Source: a phage
Reading direction: 5' to 3' (one strand)
DNA length: 64,000 bases
Sequence record: OZ335959.1
The notes beneath the pieces are model-generated. The model ran no database searches. It was given only the letters and a program-made list of their open reading frames with translations, and was not told the origin of the DNA. The translations under genes were made by a program, and so were the position numbers. Each line of letters opens with the position of its first letter. Within the stretch, counting starts at the first letter, position 1. Of this stretch, positions 11,190 to 21,835 are shown in pieces.

Positions 11190-12359
11190 TTAAAAATATT
11201 TTTTAAAACTCATCATAACTTTATCATCAACATCATTATCAATCTGTGCTACAAGGTAAGATGACAGTTCTACTTCCTGTGGCGCGGATTGAACATTATC
11301 AGAATTAAGGTATTCACGAATCCAAGGATACGGATGTTTAACCGGAGCATCGGTAATTGGGCATGGAAGACCACACTGTTTCATACGAGATACAGTTAAG
11401 TAATCAATAAAGCTCCACATGCTATTTGTATTTAATCCAGGAACATCACCATCTTTAAATAAATGAACTGCCCAGTCTTTTTCTTGACGGTTAACTTCCA
11501 TGAAAATATCAACTGCTTCTTGTTCACACTCTTTGGCGATTTTAACCCATTCATCACCATCAGTGCCAAGTTGAAGTTGACGAATAATATATTGGGTGCC
11601 TTTAAGGTGAAGCTGCTCATCACGTGCAATGAACTTCATAATCTTGGCATTACCTTCCATGATTTCCATGTTCTTATGGAAGTTAAAGGTACATGCGAAA
11701 GATACATAAAAACGAATAGCTTCCAATGCGTTAATTACATGCAAGCAAAGATAAAGAGATTTCATTAGTGCTTGTTTAGTACATTCAACAACTTTGCCTA
11801 ACTCTTCTTTGCGAAATCCTTCTGATAAAATTCCTTCATAATCTTCAACCGCATTCTGATATTCACGAGTCTTAACTAGAACATCATCGTAATAGCGACC
11901 AATGGACTCGGCACGTTTCATAATAGCTTTATCTAATACAATCTCATCAAACACTTTTGACGGATCAGTATAAAGATTTCGCATAATATGAGTGTATGAA
12001 CGGCTGTGAATAGTTTCACTAAAAGTCCATGTAGCAACCCATGTATCAAGGCTTGGGTCTGAAATTAATGACATAAGTACAGCAGACGGTGCACGACCCT
12101 GAATGCTATCTAGAAGTGATTGATACTTCAGGTTATTAGTAAAAATATCTTGCTGATACTGAGGAAGCTTGTTAAATTGCGCAGCATCCATCATCAAGTT
12201 TACTTCTTCAGGACGCCAGAAAAATGATAATTGCTTTTCGGTTAAATCTTCAAAAACTTTATGGCGTTGAATATCATAACGCGCAATACCAAGACCTGAC
12301 CCGAAGAACATAGGTTCTTTTAAAACATCAACTGGATTTGTATTAAAAACTGTGCTCAT
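11190..12359 (-). CDS. nrdB: ribonucleotide reductase small subunit (uninterrupted)
   Basis: 389-aa continuous ORF, class Ia R2-like; no intron interruption. Confidence 0.92.
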   Translation of the reverse strand: MSTVFNTNPVDVLKEPMFFGSGLGIARYDIQRHKVFEDLTEKQLSFFWRPEEVNLMMDAAQFNKLPQYQQDIFTNNLKYQSLLDSIQGRAPSAVLMSLISDPSLDTWVATWTFSETIHSRSYTHIMRNLYTDPSKVFDEIVLDKAIMKRAESIGRYYDDVLVKTREYQNAVEDYEGILSEGFRKEELGKVVECTKQALMKSLYLCLHVINALEAIRFYVSFACTFNFHKNMEIMEGNAKIMKFIARDEQLHLKGTQYIIRQLQLGTDGDEWVKIAKECEQEAVDIFMEVNRQEKDWAVHLFKDGDVPGLNTNSMWSFIDYLTVSRMKQCGLPCPITDAPVKHPYPWIREYLNSDNVQSAPQEVELSSYLVAQIDNDVDDKVMMSFKKYF

Positions 12360-12410
12360 AAATTTTCCGCTTAGTTAATAGATAGTGACTCGTCCGTGAG
12401 TCAAATTATA

Positions 12411-14675
12411 TCATAATTTACAGGATGAACAATCTTCAGCTTTTGGAGTTTCTATTTCATAATCATCAGTACCAGAACCGTCACGGGTATTATGATAATA
12501 GAAATTTTTTCCGCCAAAATACCAAAAATACAAAAGGTCATCAATCATTATTGACATTGGAACCTTTCCTTTTGGAAAAATCTGTGGGTCATAATATGTA
12601 TTCGCTGAAGCTGATTGACACACCCATTTAAGCATAATAGCTACCTGCGTAAGATAAGGTTTATTACCTTTCTTAGCTAATTTCCACGTATAATCATATA
12701 GGTCTATGTTATGCTCAATATTGGGCACGACTTGATTAAAGGAACCCTCTTTTGATTCTTTAACAGAGACTGGTCCACGTGGAGGCTCGATACCGTTTGT
12801 ACTGTTAGAAACTTGGGAAGATGACTCACATGGCATAAGCGCTGATAATGTGCTATTACGGATGCCAAAGAGCTTAAGGTCTTCCCGCAGCGACGACCAG
12901 TCACAAACGTATTTTGGAGCTGCGATTTGGTCAATCTTTTTATTGTACCAGTCAATAGGTAATTCGCCTCGAGACCAACGAGTGTCTGAATAATATTCGC
13001 AAGGTCCTTTTTCTTTGGCGAGCTTAATGGATGCTTTAATGAGTCCATACTGTAATCTCTCGAATAGTTCATGTGTTAAATCGTTAGCATCTTCATAAGA
13101 AGCAAAATTACTTGCCAGCCAAGCTGCATAGTTAGTAACACCTACGCCAAGGTTTCGACGCTTTTTAGCTTTTTCTGCTTCAGGAACCGGATATCCTTGG
13201 TAGTCCAAAAGATTATCAAGAGCACGAACTTGGACTTCTGCCAATTCATTAATTTTATCTTGGTCTTGCCAATCAAAGTTATCTAACACAAATGCAGATA
13301 ACGTGCACAATCCAATTTCAGCATCAGGGCTATTCACATCATTTGTTGGAATAGCAATTTCACAACACAAGTTACTCTGACGAATAGGTGTCTTTTCACG
13401 AATAAATGGCGTATAGTTATTCGTATTATCAATGAACTGTACATAAATCCTTGCTGTTCCTGAGCGTTCAGTCATGAGCAATTCAAACAGTTCACGGGCT
13501 TTAATACGCTTTTTACGAATATTAGGGTCTTTTTCTGCAGCTTCGTATAATTCACGGAAACGGTCTTGGTCTTTAAAATAAGAATAGTAAAGTTCGCCGC
13601 CCATTTCATGCGGACTGAACAAAGTAATGTAATCATTCTTTCCAAATCGTTCCATCATCAAATCATTCAGCTGGACGCCATAATCCATATGACGGATACG
13701 GTTTTCTTCTACACCTTTGTTATTTTTCAAAACGAGAAGATTTTCAACTTCCAAATGCCAAATAGGATAATAAGCAGTAGCAGCGCCGCCACGAATTCCA
13801 CCCTGTGAGCATGATTTAACAGCAGTCTGAAAATGTTTCCAAAAAGGAATAACACCAGTATGGCGTACTTCGCCTGTGCCAATCTTAGAACCTTCGGCAC
13901 GAATCATACCAACGTTAATACCAATTCCAGCACGTTTGGAGATATATTCAACAATTGAAGCGGAAGCCTTATTGATAGACTTTAATGAATCACCTGCTTC
14001 AATAACAACGCATGAACTAAACTGTCGAGTCGGAGTACGGCAACCAGCCATAATAGGAGTTGGTAATGAAATCTGTCGAGTAGATACTGCTTCATAAAAA
14101 CGAATAACATGTTTTAATCTATCAACAGGTTCATCTTGATGTAATGCCATTCCAATAGTCATAAATGCAAACTGTGGAGTTTCATAAATTTGACCAGTGG
14201 TTTTATCTTTAACTAGATATTTTTCTTTTAATTGCATCGCCCCGGAATAAGTAAATTCCATATCCCGTTCGTGCTTAATTTTTGATTCTAAAAATGTAAT
14301 TTCTTCTGCTGAATATTTTGACAACAATTCAGGGTCGTATTTACCTTCATTTACACAGTAAGAAATATGGTCAATAAATGAACGTGGTTCATACTGCCCG
14401 TAAACATGCTTACGAAGAGCGAACATTAAGCAGCGTGCAGCTACATATTGATAATCAGGCTCTTCAACTGAAATAGAATTCGCAGCAGCCTTAATTACAA
14501 TGGTTTGAATGTCATCAGTTGTCATTCCATCACGGAGATATGATTTAATATTTTCATATAATTCATAAGGATCTACAGATGTTCCTTCAGCTGCCCAAGA
14601 TAAAACTTTAATAATTTTTTGCGGATCAAAGCTCTGAGAAACACCACTACTTTTGATAACATTAATTAATTGCAT
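12411..14675 (-). CDS. nrdA: ribonucleotide reductase large subunit
   Basis: 754-aa ORF with ATP-cone N-terminus and C-terminal CxxC tail; class Ia R1. Confidence 0.95.
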   Translation of the reverse strand: MQLINVIKSSGVSQSFDPQKIIKVLSWAAEGTSVDPYELYENIKSYLRDGMTTDDIQTIVIKAAANSISVEEPDYQYVAARCLMFALRKHVYGQYEPRSFIDHISYCVNEGKYDPELLSKYSAEEITFLESKIKHERDMEFTYSGAMQLKEKYLVKDKTTGQIYETPQFAFMTIGMALHQDEPVDRLKHVIRFYEAVSTRQISLPTPIMAGCRTPTRQFSSCVVIEAGDSLKSINKASASIVEYISKRAGIGINVGMIRAEGSKIGTGEVRHTGVIPFWKHFQTAVKSCSQGGIRGGAATAYYPIWHLEVENLLVLKNNKGVEENRIRHMDYGVQLNDLMMERFGKNDYITLFSPHEMGGELYYSYFKDQDRFRELYEAAEKDPNIRKKRIKARELFELLMTERSGTARIYVQFIDNTNNYTPFIREKTPIRQSNLCCEIAIPTNDVNSPDAEIGLCTLSAFVLDNFDWQDQDKINELAEVQVRALDNLLDYQGYPVPEAEKAKKRRNLGVGVTNYAAWLASNFASYEDANDLTHELFERLQYGLIKASIKLAKEKGPCEYYSDTRWSRGELPIDWYNKKIDQIAAPKYVCDWSSLREDLKLFGIRNSTLSALMPCESSSQVSNSTNGIEPPRGPVSVKESKEGSFNQVVPNIEHNIDLYDYTWKLAKKGNKPYLTQVAIMLKWVCQSASANTYYDPQIFPKGKVPMSIMIDDLLYFWYFGGKNFYYHNTRDGSGTDDYEIETPKAEDCSSCKL

Positions 14676-14992
14676 AAGTCCTCAACTTGAAAATCGTCTT
14701 TAAACAATCGGTTAACTATATGAGCTATTATATCACCATGACACGGCTTTGGTTTACATGTGCATCCTAGCCTCATTCCACGTAAAGGCTCTAAATGTGC
14801 TTTAGTTATTTCTCCGGATTTAATTCGACGTATAAAATCTTTTTTGAATAATTCAATGGCAGCCTCCCGGCTGCCAGCATCTTTACCGACGTAATTTCCC
14901 CAAAATGTACCACGGTGAATATTAACATCAAAGTCGGATTTATATTTATTCACTACCTGGCATAGACGGCCCGCGCGGTGATAATTCGTCAT
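14666..14992 (-). CDS. hypothetical protein (108 aa)
   Basis: ORF overlapping nrdA start by 10 nt. Confidence 0.5.
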   Translation of the reverse strand: MTNYHRAGRLCQVVNKYKSDFDVNIHRGTFWGNYVGKDAGSREAAIELFKKDFIRRIKSGEITKAHLEPLRGMRLGCTCKPKPCHGDIIAHIVNRLFKDDFQVEDLCN

Positions 14993-15221
14993 ATTGTTTT
15001 TCCGTTAAAACAGTAATATCATAATAACAGTCAGAAGAAGTTTTAACTGTGGAAATTTTATTATCAAAATACTCACGGGTCATTTTATGAGTATAATATT
15101 TTTTGCCATAAATGATAATAGGCTGATTTGGTCCTGGAACTTCTAACTCACTCGGATTAGGAAGTGTAAAAAGAACTACGCCAGAAGTATCTTTAAATCG
15201 TAAAATCATATATCCTCGCAA
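14946..15221 (-). CDS. hypothetical protein (91 aa)
   Basis: ORF between nrdA and td. Confidence 0.45.
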   Translation of the reverse strand: MRGYMILRFKDTSGVVLFTLPNPSELEVPGPNQPIIIYGKKYYTHKMTREYFDNKISTVKTSSDCYYDITVLTEKQYDELSPRGPSMPGSE

Positions 15222-15232
15222 TTAAATTAAAA

Positions 15233-16092
15233 TTATACCGCCATCTTTCCTTTAATTGGCGGGTGAGATTCGTAACCTTTAAGAACGAAATCTTTAGGTC
15301 TAAGTTTAAGAACATATTTTAATTGTTCTTTAGTAGAAAGATATCGAAATTTATAAGGTAGACCACTTATTACCAGCTCACAAAGCTCTTTAGGTTCACG
15401 ACGCAAAATTTCTTTACATTGTTCTACGTGATTCATATAGATATGAGTATTACCACCAGAAAATATCAAATCTCCCGGAATAAGATTACACATCTTAGCT
15501 ACAATATGAACTAATGCAGCATATGATGCAATATTAAATGGAAGACCGAGGAAAACATCTACCGAACGTTGATACCACTGCAAATCCAAATAGCCATTAC
15601 GCACATTAAACTGATAGAACATATGACAAGGTGGTAATGCCATATATTTAAGTTCAGCTGGATTCCATGCAGAAACAATTTGACGCCTATCATTTGGTAG
15701 TTTTTTAATACGATCAACAACTTCTATAATTTGGTCTACACCACCAAAATCGCGCCATTGTTTTCCATAAATTGGACCAAGTTCACCACTATGGTATCCT
15801 AAATCTTTTGCTTGATTTTCGTAATTTTCATCCCAGACTGTTTTGCCTTGAATTAATGAATCATGTTGAATTAATCGCAAATCATTGACATTTGTGCTTC
15901 CCGATAAAAACCATATTAGTTCAGCAATGCAAGCTTTCCAGGCGAGCTTCTTAGTCGTTACTGCAGGAAAACCTTTAGTTAAATCCCAGCGTAATTTAGT
16001 ACCGAACAAAGCAATTGTTCCTGTGCCTGTTCGGTCATCGGTTTCGTAGCCATTTTCTAGGATATCTTTAATTAAAAATTGGTATTGTTTCA

Positions 16093-16093
<1 letters not shown>
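15233..16093 (-). CDS. td: thymidylate synthase (uninterrupted, no intron)
   Basis: 286 aa from MKQYQ; continuous ORF across the site where T4 td carries its intron; conserved TS motifs incl. PPCH. Confidence 0.93.
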
Positions 16094-17125
<1,032 letters not shown>

Positions 17126-17133
17126 TTTATCTC

Positions 17134-17469
17134 CTAATATAAAGGATCGAGAACATATCCACTAGCTTTAATCATTTTAATTAATGTTAACATTCCTTTA
17201 TTAACTGCTAGTGAAATTTCATCAAAAACTTCATCACTAAAAAGTTCTAACACGCCCTTCTGAACTTTTAGTTTACAGCCAACAATTTCGTCATCGCCTA
17301 TAGTAAATTCGTTTCCGCCAATTCCACCGAAAAACTTAATTACGCCAGTTAACTGTCTTCCACGAGAATATGGGTCGTGCGATAAAGTAATATGAGTCAC
17401 CCCAGGTACAGTTTTAAATTGACAGCGAATGTTTACTTGAGAAATTCCAGTTACATGAATGTCAGACAT
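17134..17469 (-). CDS. hypothetical protein (111 aa)
   Basis: ORF. Confidence 0.5.
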   Translation of the reverse strand: MSDIHVTGISQVNIRCQFKTVPGVTHITLSHDPYSRGRQLTGVIKFFGGIGGNEFTIGDDEIVGCKLKVQKGVLELFSDEVFDEISLAVNKGMLTLIKMIKASGYVLDPLY

Positions 17470-17479
17470 AATATTTTCC

Positions 17480-17722
17480 TCAAACAGACTTTTTCACAGT
17501 TTTCCAATCAGCTTTAAACTGATCAACATCAGAATGGTAAATCCAGAATCCTGCGCTTTCTCCATCTTCATAAAGAGGACATCCATCACATTCATCTTCC
17601 CATCCCATATCACGCAAAAGATGTTCAGCTTTTTCAACAAGTTCAGAATCTTTACCGATGATATTAAAATACCATTTACCTCTAACTTCTGAATCTTTAA
17701 TACTCTGACGTTGTAATCTCAT
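17480..17722 (-). CDS. hypothetical protein (80 aa)
   Basis: ORF downstream of early promoter module. Confidence 0.5.
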   Translation of the reverse strand: MRLQRQSIKDSEVRGKWYFNIIGKDSELVEKAEHLLRDMGWEDECDGCPLYEDGESAGFWIYHSDVDQFKADWKTVKKSV

Positions 17723-17744
17723 TTTATTCTCCTTAGTTGATAGG

Positions 17745-17780
17745 GTAATAGTATCACACTACTACCCTACTGTAAACTAC
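17745..17780 (-). promoter_or_regulatory. early promoter module (-35 GTTTAC 17772-17777)
   Basis: GTTTAC plus GTGATACTATTA -10 region on minus strand. Confidence 0.45.
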
Positions 17781-18142
17781 TTTTTGAAAGTTTTTCGCAA
17801 AAGTTCAATGATTTCGTCGACGTTATTTTCGTCTACAATGCAGTGAATTTTTGTTACGCCAGAAACCTTGTCTTCGATTTCATCTTCTTCAGAAGTCGGT
17901 TCTTTATATTCACGGAAACAATGAAATTCATCTTCGCAAACGTTAAAGTAAAAATGCTTTCCATTTGCGCATTCAATGTATTTTATTACTCTAAATCCAT
18001 CGGCAAAGAAAGCTTCTTTAACTTCAAACCATCCGCCATTTTCTTGAATAATTTTAACTATTGATGAATTAGAACGTGGGCGATAATTAATAAATGTATT
18101 AATAAGTCTTGGAACAAGCTCATACTTTTTGCCGATATACAT
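17777..18142 (-). CDS. hypothetical protein (121 aa)
   Basis: ORF. Confidence 0.5.
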   Translation of the reverse strand: MYIGKKYELVPRLINTFINYRPRSNSSIVKIIQENGGWFEVKEAFFADGFRVIKYIECANGKHFYFNVCEDEFHCFREYKEPTSEEDEIEDKVSGVTKIHCIVDENNVDEIIELLRKTFKK

Positions 18143-18185
18143 TGTGTTTCCTCATTTTAATAGGGGCTATAAAGCCCCTTGATAA

Positions 18186-18437
18186 TTATTGTTCAATCAG
18201 TCCCATGTAAAATTCTGCGTCTTCAGAATCCATACCATCACAATATTCATTAGCCATAAAGCGGGTGAGGTCTTCAAGAGGACCTTCAATGACAATAGAA
18301 AAATTGCAATAATTGGGATCATCGTGAATACTTGTGATACTAAGCTCAGGATAACGATTACGAATAATTTCTTCAATATATTCAAAATCAACGATGTCAA
18401 TATCAACTTTAGCCATATTATTTTCCTCTTTAATCAT
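18186..18437 (-). CDS. hypothetical acidic protein (83 aa)
   Basis: ORF directly downstream of promoter module at 18455-18492. Confidence 0.5.
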   Translation of the reverse strand: MIKEENNMAKVDIDIVDFEYIEEIIRNRYPELSITSIHDDPNYCNFSIVIEGPLEDLTRFMANEYCDGMDSEDAEFYMGLIEQ

Positions 18438-18454
18438 CAGCAGTATTGCCGATA

Positions 18455-18492
18455 GTTGTATAGTACCACAGTCCTTGTTGTATGTAAACCGT
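18455..18492 (-). promoter_or_regulatory. early promoter module (-35 GTTTAC 18484-18489; -10 TACTAT 18460-18465) with A/T-rich UP element
   Basis: Near-identical ~70-bp module also at 35125-35198 and 38925-38990. Confidence 0.5.
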
Positions 18493-18510
18493 TTTGTGAA
18501 AAAATTTTTG

Positions 18511-18540
18511 AAATAAAAAAGGGGACCTCTAGGGTCCCCA
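18511..18540 (-). terminator. rho-independent terminator after gene 32 (hairpin GGGGACC-UCUA-GGGUCCCC plus U-run)
   Basis: GC stem-loop followed on minus strand by TTTTTTATTT. Confidence 0.6.
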
Positions 18541-18561
18541 ATTAATTAGTAATATAATCTA

Positions 18562-19470
18562 TTAAAGGTCATTCAAAAGGTCATCCAGGTCCGTGTCATC
18601 AGCACTAGATGAACTGCCAGAGCTTGAGCTCATAAAATCATCTTCAGTTTTTGTATTGAAGTCATCAACATTGAATGCATCCAAATCATCAGCAACTTTA
18701 TCAGCTTTCTTAGCGGCAGTCGCTGCGGCACCACCCATAGCAGCAGTTCCCATAACTTGACTAAACTTAGCGCTCAGTTCTTCAAACGATTTGAATTTAT
18801 CTTTAGAAGTCATTTCAGAAAGGTCAACCATTTGTTCGAACAGTTCTTTCTGGAAAGATTCATCATCAATGTTTGGAATCGCAGATTGATTCAGGAATTT
18901 AGATTCGTCGTAGTTACTAAAACCAGAAACTTGTTTAACTTTCAGTACAAAGTTAGCACCTTCCCACGGACAAGTTACATCAACCGGAGTTTCACCCATT
19001 TCAACATCAACTGCAATCATTGCATTGATTTTATCCCAGATTTTCTTGCCGAAACGGTATTTAAATACTTTACCTTCATTTTCTGGAGCAGCTGGGTCTT
19101 TTACTACAAGAATGTTAGCCCAGTAAGAAGTTTTACGTTTAACAAGACCGTACTCTTTATTGTCAGTATTGTACAAATCATTTTTACTGATGTACTGACA
19201 TACTGGACAAGAATCGTAATCACCGTGGGTAGATGAACAGTTTTCAATATACCATTTACCATTTTTCTTGAAACCGTGATTTACAAGAATTGCGAATGGT
19301 GCTTGTTCATCATTTTTAGACGGAAGAAAACGAATTACTGCTTGACCGTTACCCGCATTGTCGAGTTTCAGTTTCCACTCGCCTTTATCTTCAGAAGAAA
19401 AACCACCTTTATTTCCAGCCAGTTTAGCCATTTGTGCAGCGAGTTCAGCAGTAGATTTACGTTTAAACAT
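18562..19470 (-). CDS. 32: single-stranded DNA-binding protein gp32
   Basis: 302-aa ORF; zinc-binding Cys/His cluster and acidic Ser/Asp-rich C-terminal tail characteristic of gp32. Confidence 0.95.
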   Translation of the reverse strand: MFKRKSTAELAAQMAKLAGNKGGFSSEDKGEWKLKLDNAGNGQAVIRFLPSKNDEQAPFAILVNHGFKKNGKWYIENCSSTHGDYDSCPVCQYISKNDLYNTDNKEYGLVKRKTSYWANILVVKDPAAPENEGKVFKYRFGKKIWDKINAMIAVDVEMGETPVDVTCPWEGANFVLKVKQVSGFSNYDESKFLNQSAIPNIDDESFQKELFEQMVDLSEMTSKDKFKSFEELSAKFSQVMGTAAMGGAAATAAKKADKVADDLDAFNVDDFNTKTEDDFMSSSSGSSSSADDTDLDDLLNDL

Positions 19471-19545
19471 TTTTATTTCCTTTTTAATTTAATTAACAGT
19501 TGGTGCTATGACGATGTATGACCTCATAGCTGGTCAGTGAGATAA
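19471..19545 (-). promoter_or_regulatory. gene 32 translational operator (5' leader with H-type pseudoknot UGACC/GGUCA and GCUAUG/CAUAGC, then A/U-rich tract)
   Basis: Minus-strand leader reads ...UGACCAGCUAUGAGGUCAUACAUCGUCAUAGCACC...AAUUAAAUUAAAAAGGAAAUAAAAAUG, matching the gp32 autoregulatory site as I recall it. Confidence 0.7.
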
Positions 19546-19553
19546 TTATAATC

Positions 19554-19561
19554 TATTTATA
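19554..19561 (-). promoter_or_regulatory. late promoter TATAAATA upstream of gene 32
   Basis: Exact TATAAATA on minus strand. Confidence 0.55.
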
Positions 19562-19569
19562 ATAAGCAA

Positions 19570-20223
19570 TTAATACTTGCAAGATTTCACAGTTTCAATG
19601 AAAACACTTTTAGCTTTCTGCGAATCAATATTTAAAATTTTTCTATAAGCCTTTAACTTTATAGAATAATTATTCCAGACTAAATTATCAGTCTGTTCAT
19701 CATGTTTATCGATTATATTTAAAAACGAATCAAGCAAGATAAACGTCTCAAACGAAATTATATTCGATTGAAGTAGTTTAAAAATATAACTTGATTGAAC
19801 TTTTGGATTATACTCAAAGATTTCTTTAAAAGCAGAAACTTCAACTTTTTTACTAAAATAATAAATGTTGCGAATATCTTCTTCAAACTTAAATTTAATT
19901 TGCTTTAAGCGTCCGATATATTCACGATAAAACACAAGTGCATCAGCGTCAGAGATGTCACCAATCCAAGCATCTTGGTTAGCAACCAAATTACTTATAA
20001 AAATTAAAGCAAGTTCCTTTAATTTATATTTTTCTGATAACTTCTGGAAAAAATACTTATCCCTTCGCTTTTGATAAGCGGCATCAGACACCCGCATGCA
20101 CCAATTATACTTAATTACATCATACTTTCCATTCATATGTTGTTTTATCATTAAGTATAATTTATAAACTGATTTACCATCGATGTATCTTTCACCACCA
20201 GCAGGCATGCGGAGTTTAATCAT
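19570..20223 (-). CDS. 59: gp59 helicase-loading protein
   Basis: 217-aa ORF, size and position next to gene 32 as in T4. Confidence 0.85.
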   Translation of the reverse strand: MIKLRMPAGGERYIDGKSVYKLYLMIKQHMNGKYDVIKYNWCMRVSDAAYQKRRDKYFFQKLSEKYKLKELALIFISNLVANQDAWIGDISDADALVFYREYIGRLKQIKFKFEEDIRNIYYFSKKVEVSAFKEIFEYNPKVQSSYIFKLLQSNIISFETFILLDSFLNIIDKHDEQTDNLVWNNYSIKLKAYRKILNIDSQKAKSVFIETVKSCKY

Positions 20224-20558
20224 AGTAGAAAATCTAATGTATTAGTTTTTTCACAACGAACAACAGAAGGACGTAAAAGATTTTCGTCAATAGCTTCTGA
20301 CTGAATTTTTTCAATTATACCCGAAGGAATAAATTTAGCAAATTGAGTTTCAGGAATAGAATTTTCTTCTAAGAATGCTGTTGTAGCTTCAAGATAACTC
20401 ATTCCAAACTCTTCTACCATTTTTTCAATAATAAATCCATTTTCTTGGCGGTCAAGAAGCTTTGCTATTTCATCCTTTTCTTTCTTAATTGAAAGTTCTT
20501 TTTCTGAAAGACCGGTCTCATCGACCGGACGAATATCATTTAGAGAAAACTGTGTCAT
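20220..20558 (-). CDS. 33: gp33 late transcription co-activator
   Basis: 112 aa from MTQFS (track ORF starts 9 nt upstream); position between 59 and dsbA. Confidence 0.75.
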   Translation of the reverse strand: MTQFSLNDIRPVDETGLSEKELSIKKEKDEIAKLLDRQENGFIIEKMVEEFGMSYLEATTAFLEENSIPETQFAKFIPSGIIEKIQSEAIDENLLRPSVVRCEKTNTLDFLL

Positions 20559-20805
20559 AAAGTTCAACTACCTCTTCAGTTTCAGCTTCAAACACATCAC
20601 GGTTATCTTTATGATACAAAGCTAACAGACGATTAAACATCTTGCCATCAACACCAAGTTCATCTTTGGCACGAATTCGAATATCTTTAATCAATTCATT
20701 ATAACCAGAAATTTTCAGTTTATGATCAGATGCTTCTTTAATAAATTTAGCCAAGTCTTCGCCATGGATAGCTTCATCAAATTCAACCATTTCTTTTTTA
20801 GCCAT
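20536..20805 (-). CDS. dsbA: DsbA double-stranded DNA-binding protein
   Basis: 89-aa ORF, size and position match T4 dsbA. Confidence 0.7.
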   Translation of the reverse strand: MAKKEMVEFDEAIHGEDLAKFIKEASDHKLKISGYNELIKDIRIRAKDELGVDGKMFNRLLALYHKDNRDVFEAETEEVVELYDTVFSK

Positions 20806-20813
20806 TATTCACC

Positions 20814-21731
20814 TCAAAATTCATTAATGCTATTAGTTAATTTAGAAAGACCCGCTTTTACAAAATATGAATAAATTTTGCCACGCGGTGGTAATTTATA
20901 TGAATTATAATAATTCACAATGTTTGAAGCAATATTATCAGGAATATAATCAAAATCAATTAGAACTAAATTTTCTTTATAACGATTATATTCAGATTCT
21001 GTGAGAAGCACCTTAGCTTGATCACGGTCATTAGCAATAGCTTCGACAATAGATGTTTTCATTGAAGGAGTTCGTTCACCTTCAACTCTGGTAAACCAAA
21101 AGTCAGATCGTACTTTAACTGAAGCAACGTTATCCTTTTTGTCACCTTTAAGGATTTTAGTCATACAGTCAATTTCAGCAGAACCGCTTTTAATTTTAAC
21201 CCATTTCTTGTGCATCGGTGACCATTGCTTAACATTTGGGTATTTATGAAGTTGAGTAAAGTCACCATCCGATGAAATGATTAAAATCTTATGTCCTTCT
21301 AAAGAGAACTTTTTAACAAGAACAGCAATATGGTCATCTGCTTCATACTTATCAATATCCATAACGATGTATGGCATATAAGCTTTCAGTTCATCTATAA
21401 CTTTATGACTGGATTCAAAATAACCTTCCCAGTCCCAAGTAGATTCTTCTCGTGCTTTTCCACGGTTTTTCTTATAATAATAAGCAAAATCACGACGCCA
21501 GTATCCAGATTTCGCGTTATCAATACACAATACAATTTTAGTGTATCCAAGAGTTTTTGCTTTTTTAACATTGAACTTAATTGAGTTCAATATCAAATGA
21601 CGAACCATTGATAAATTAATTTTTTCTTTATCTGGGAAGTTTACCAGAGCAGTTGAAAGCGCAATCTGACTAAAGTCAATTAAGCAAATTCCTTCTTTGT
21701 AATCTTCATCCAGCATCATTTCTAAATCCAT
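20814..21731 (-). CDS. rnh: RNase H (5'-3' flap exonuclease)
   Basis: 305 aa from MDLEMM (track ORF starts 15 nt upstream); FEN-like acidic motifs; same length as T4 RNase H. Confidence 0.9.
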   Translation of the reverse strand: MDLEMMLDEDYKEGICLIDFSQIALSTALVNFPDKEKINLSMVRHLILNSIKFNVKKAKTLGYTKIVLCIDNAKSGYWRRDFAYYYKKNRGKAREESTWDWEGYFESSHKVIDELKAYMPYIVMDIDKYEADDHIAVLVKKFSLEGHKILIISSDGDFTQLHKYPNVKQWSPMHKKWVKIKSGSAEIDCMTKILKGDKKDNVASVKVRSDFWFTRVEGERTPSMKTSIVEAIANDRDQAKVLLTESEYNRYKENLVLIDFDYIPDNIASNIVNYYNSYKLPPRGKIYSYFVKAGLSKLTNSINEF

Positions 21732-21793
21732 ATGAACCTCGTTCAATTAGTGAGATTTCTATTATATACTATCCAAATCTTAAAGTAAACAAG

Positions 21794-21801
21794 TATAAAT
21801 A
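21794..21801 (+). promoter_or_regulatory. late promoter TATAAATA upstream of gene 34
   Basis: Exact TATAAATA 35 nt upstream of gene 34 ATG. Confidence 0.65.
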
Positions 21802-21835
21802 CTTATTATTGAAAACACAATAGGAGCCCGGGAGA

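Noticed and set aside
18757-19236. 159-aa plus-strand ORF
   Set aside because: Antisense inside gene 32; Phe/Asn-rich translation typical of out-of-frame AT-rich sequence.
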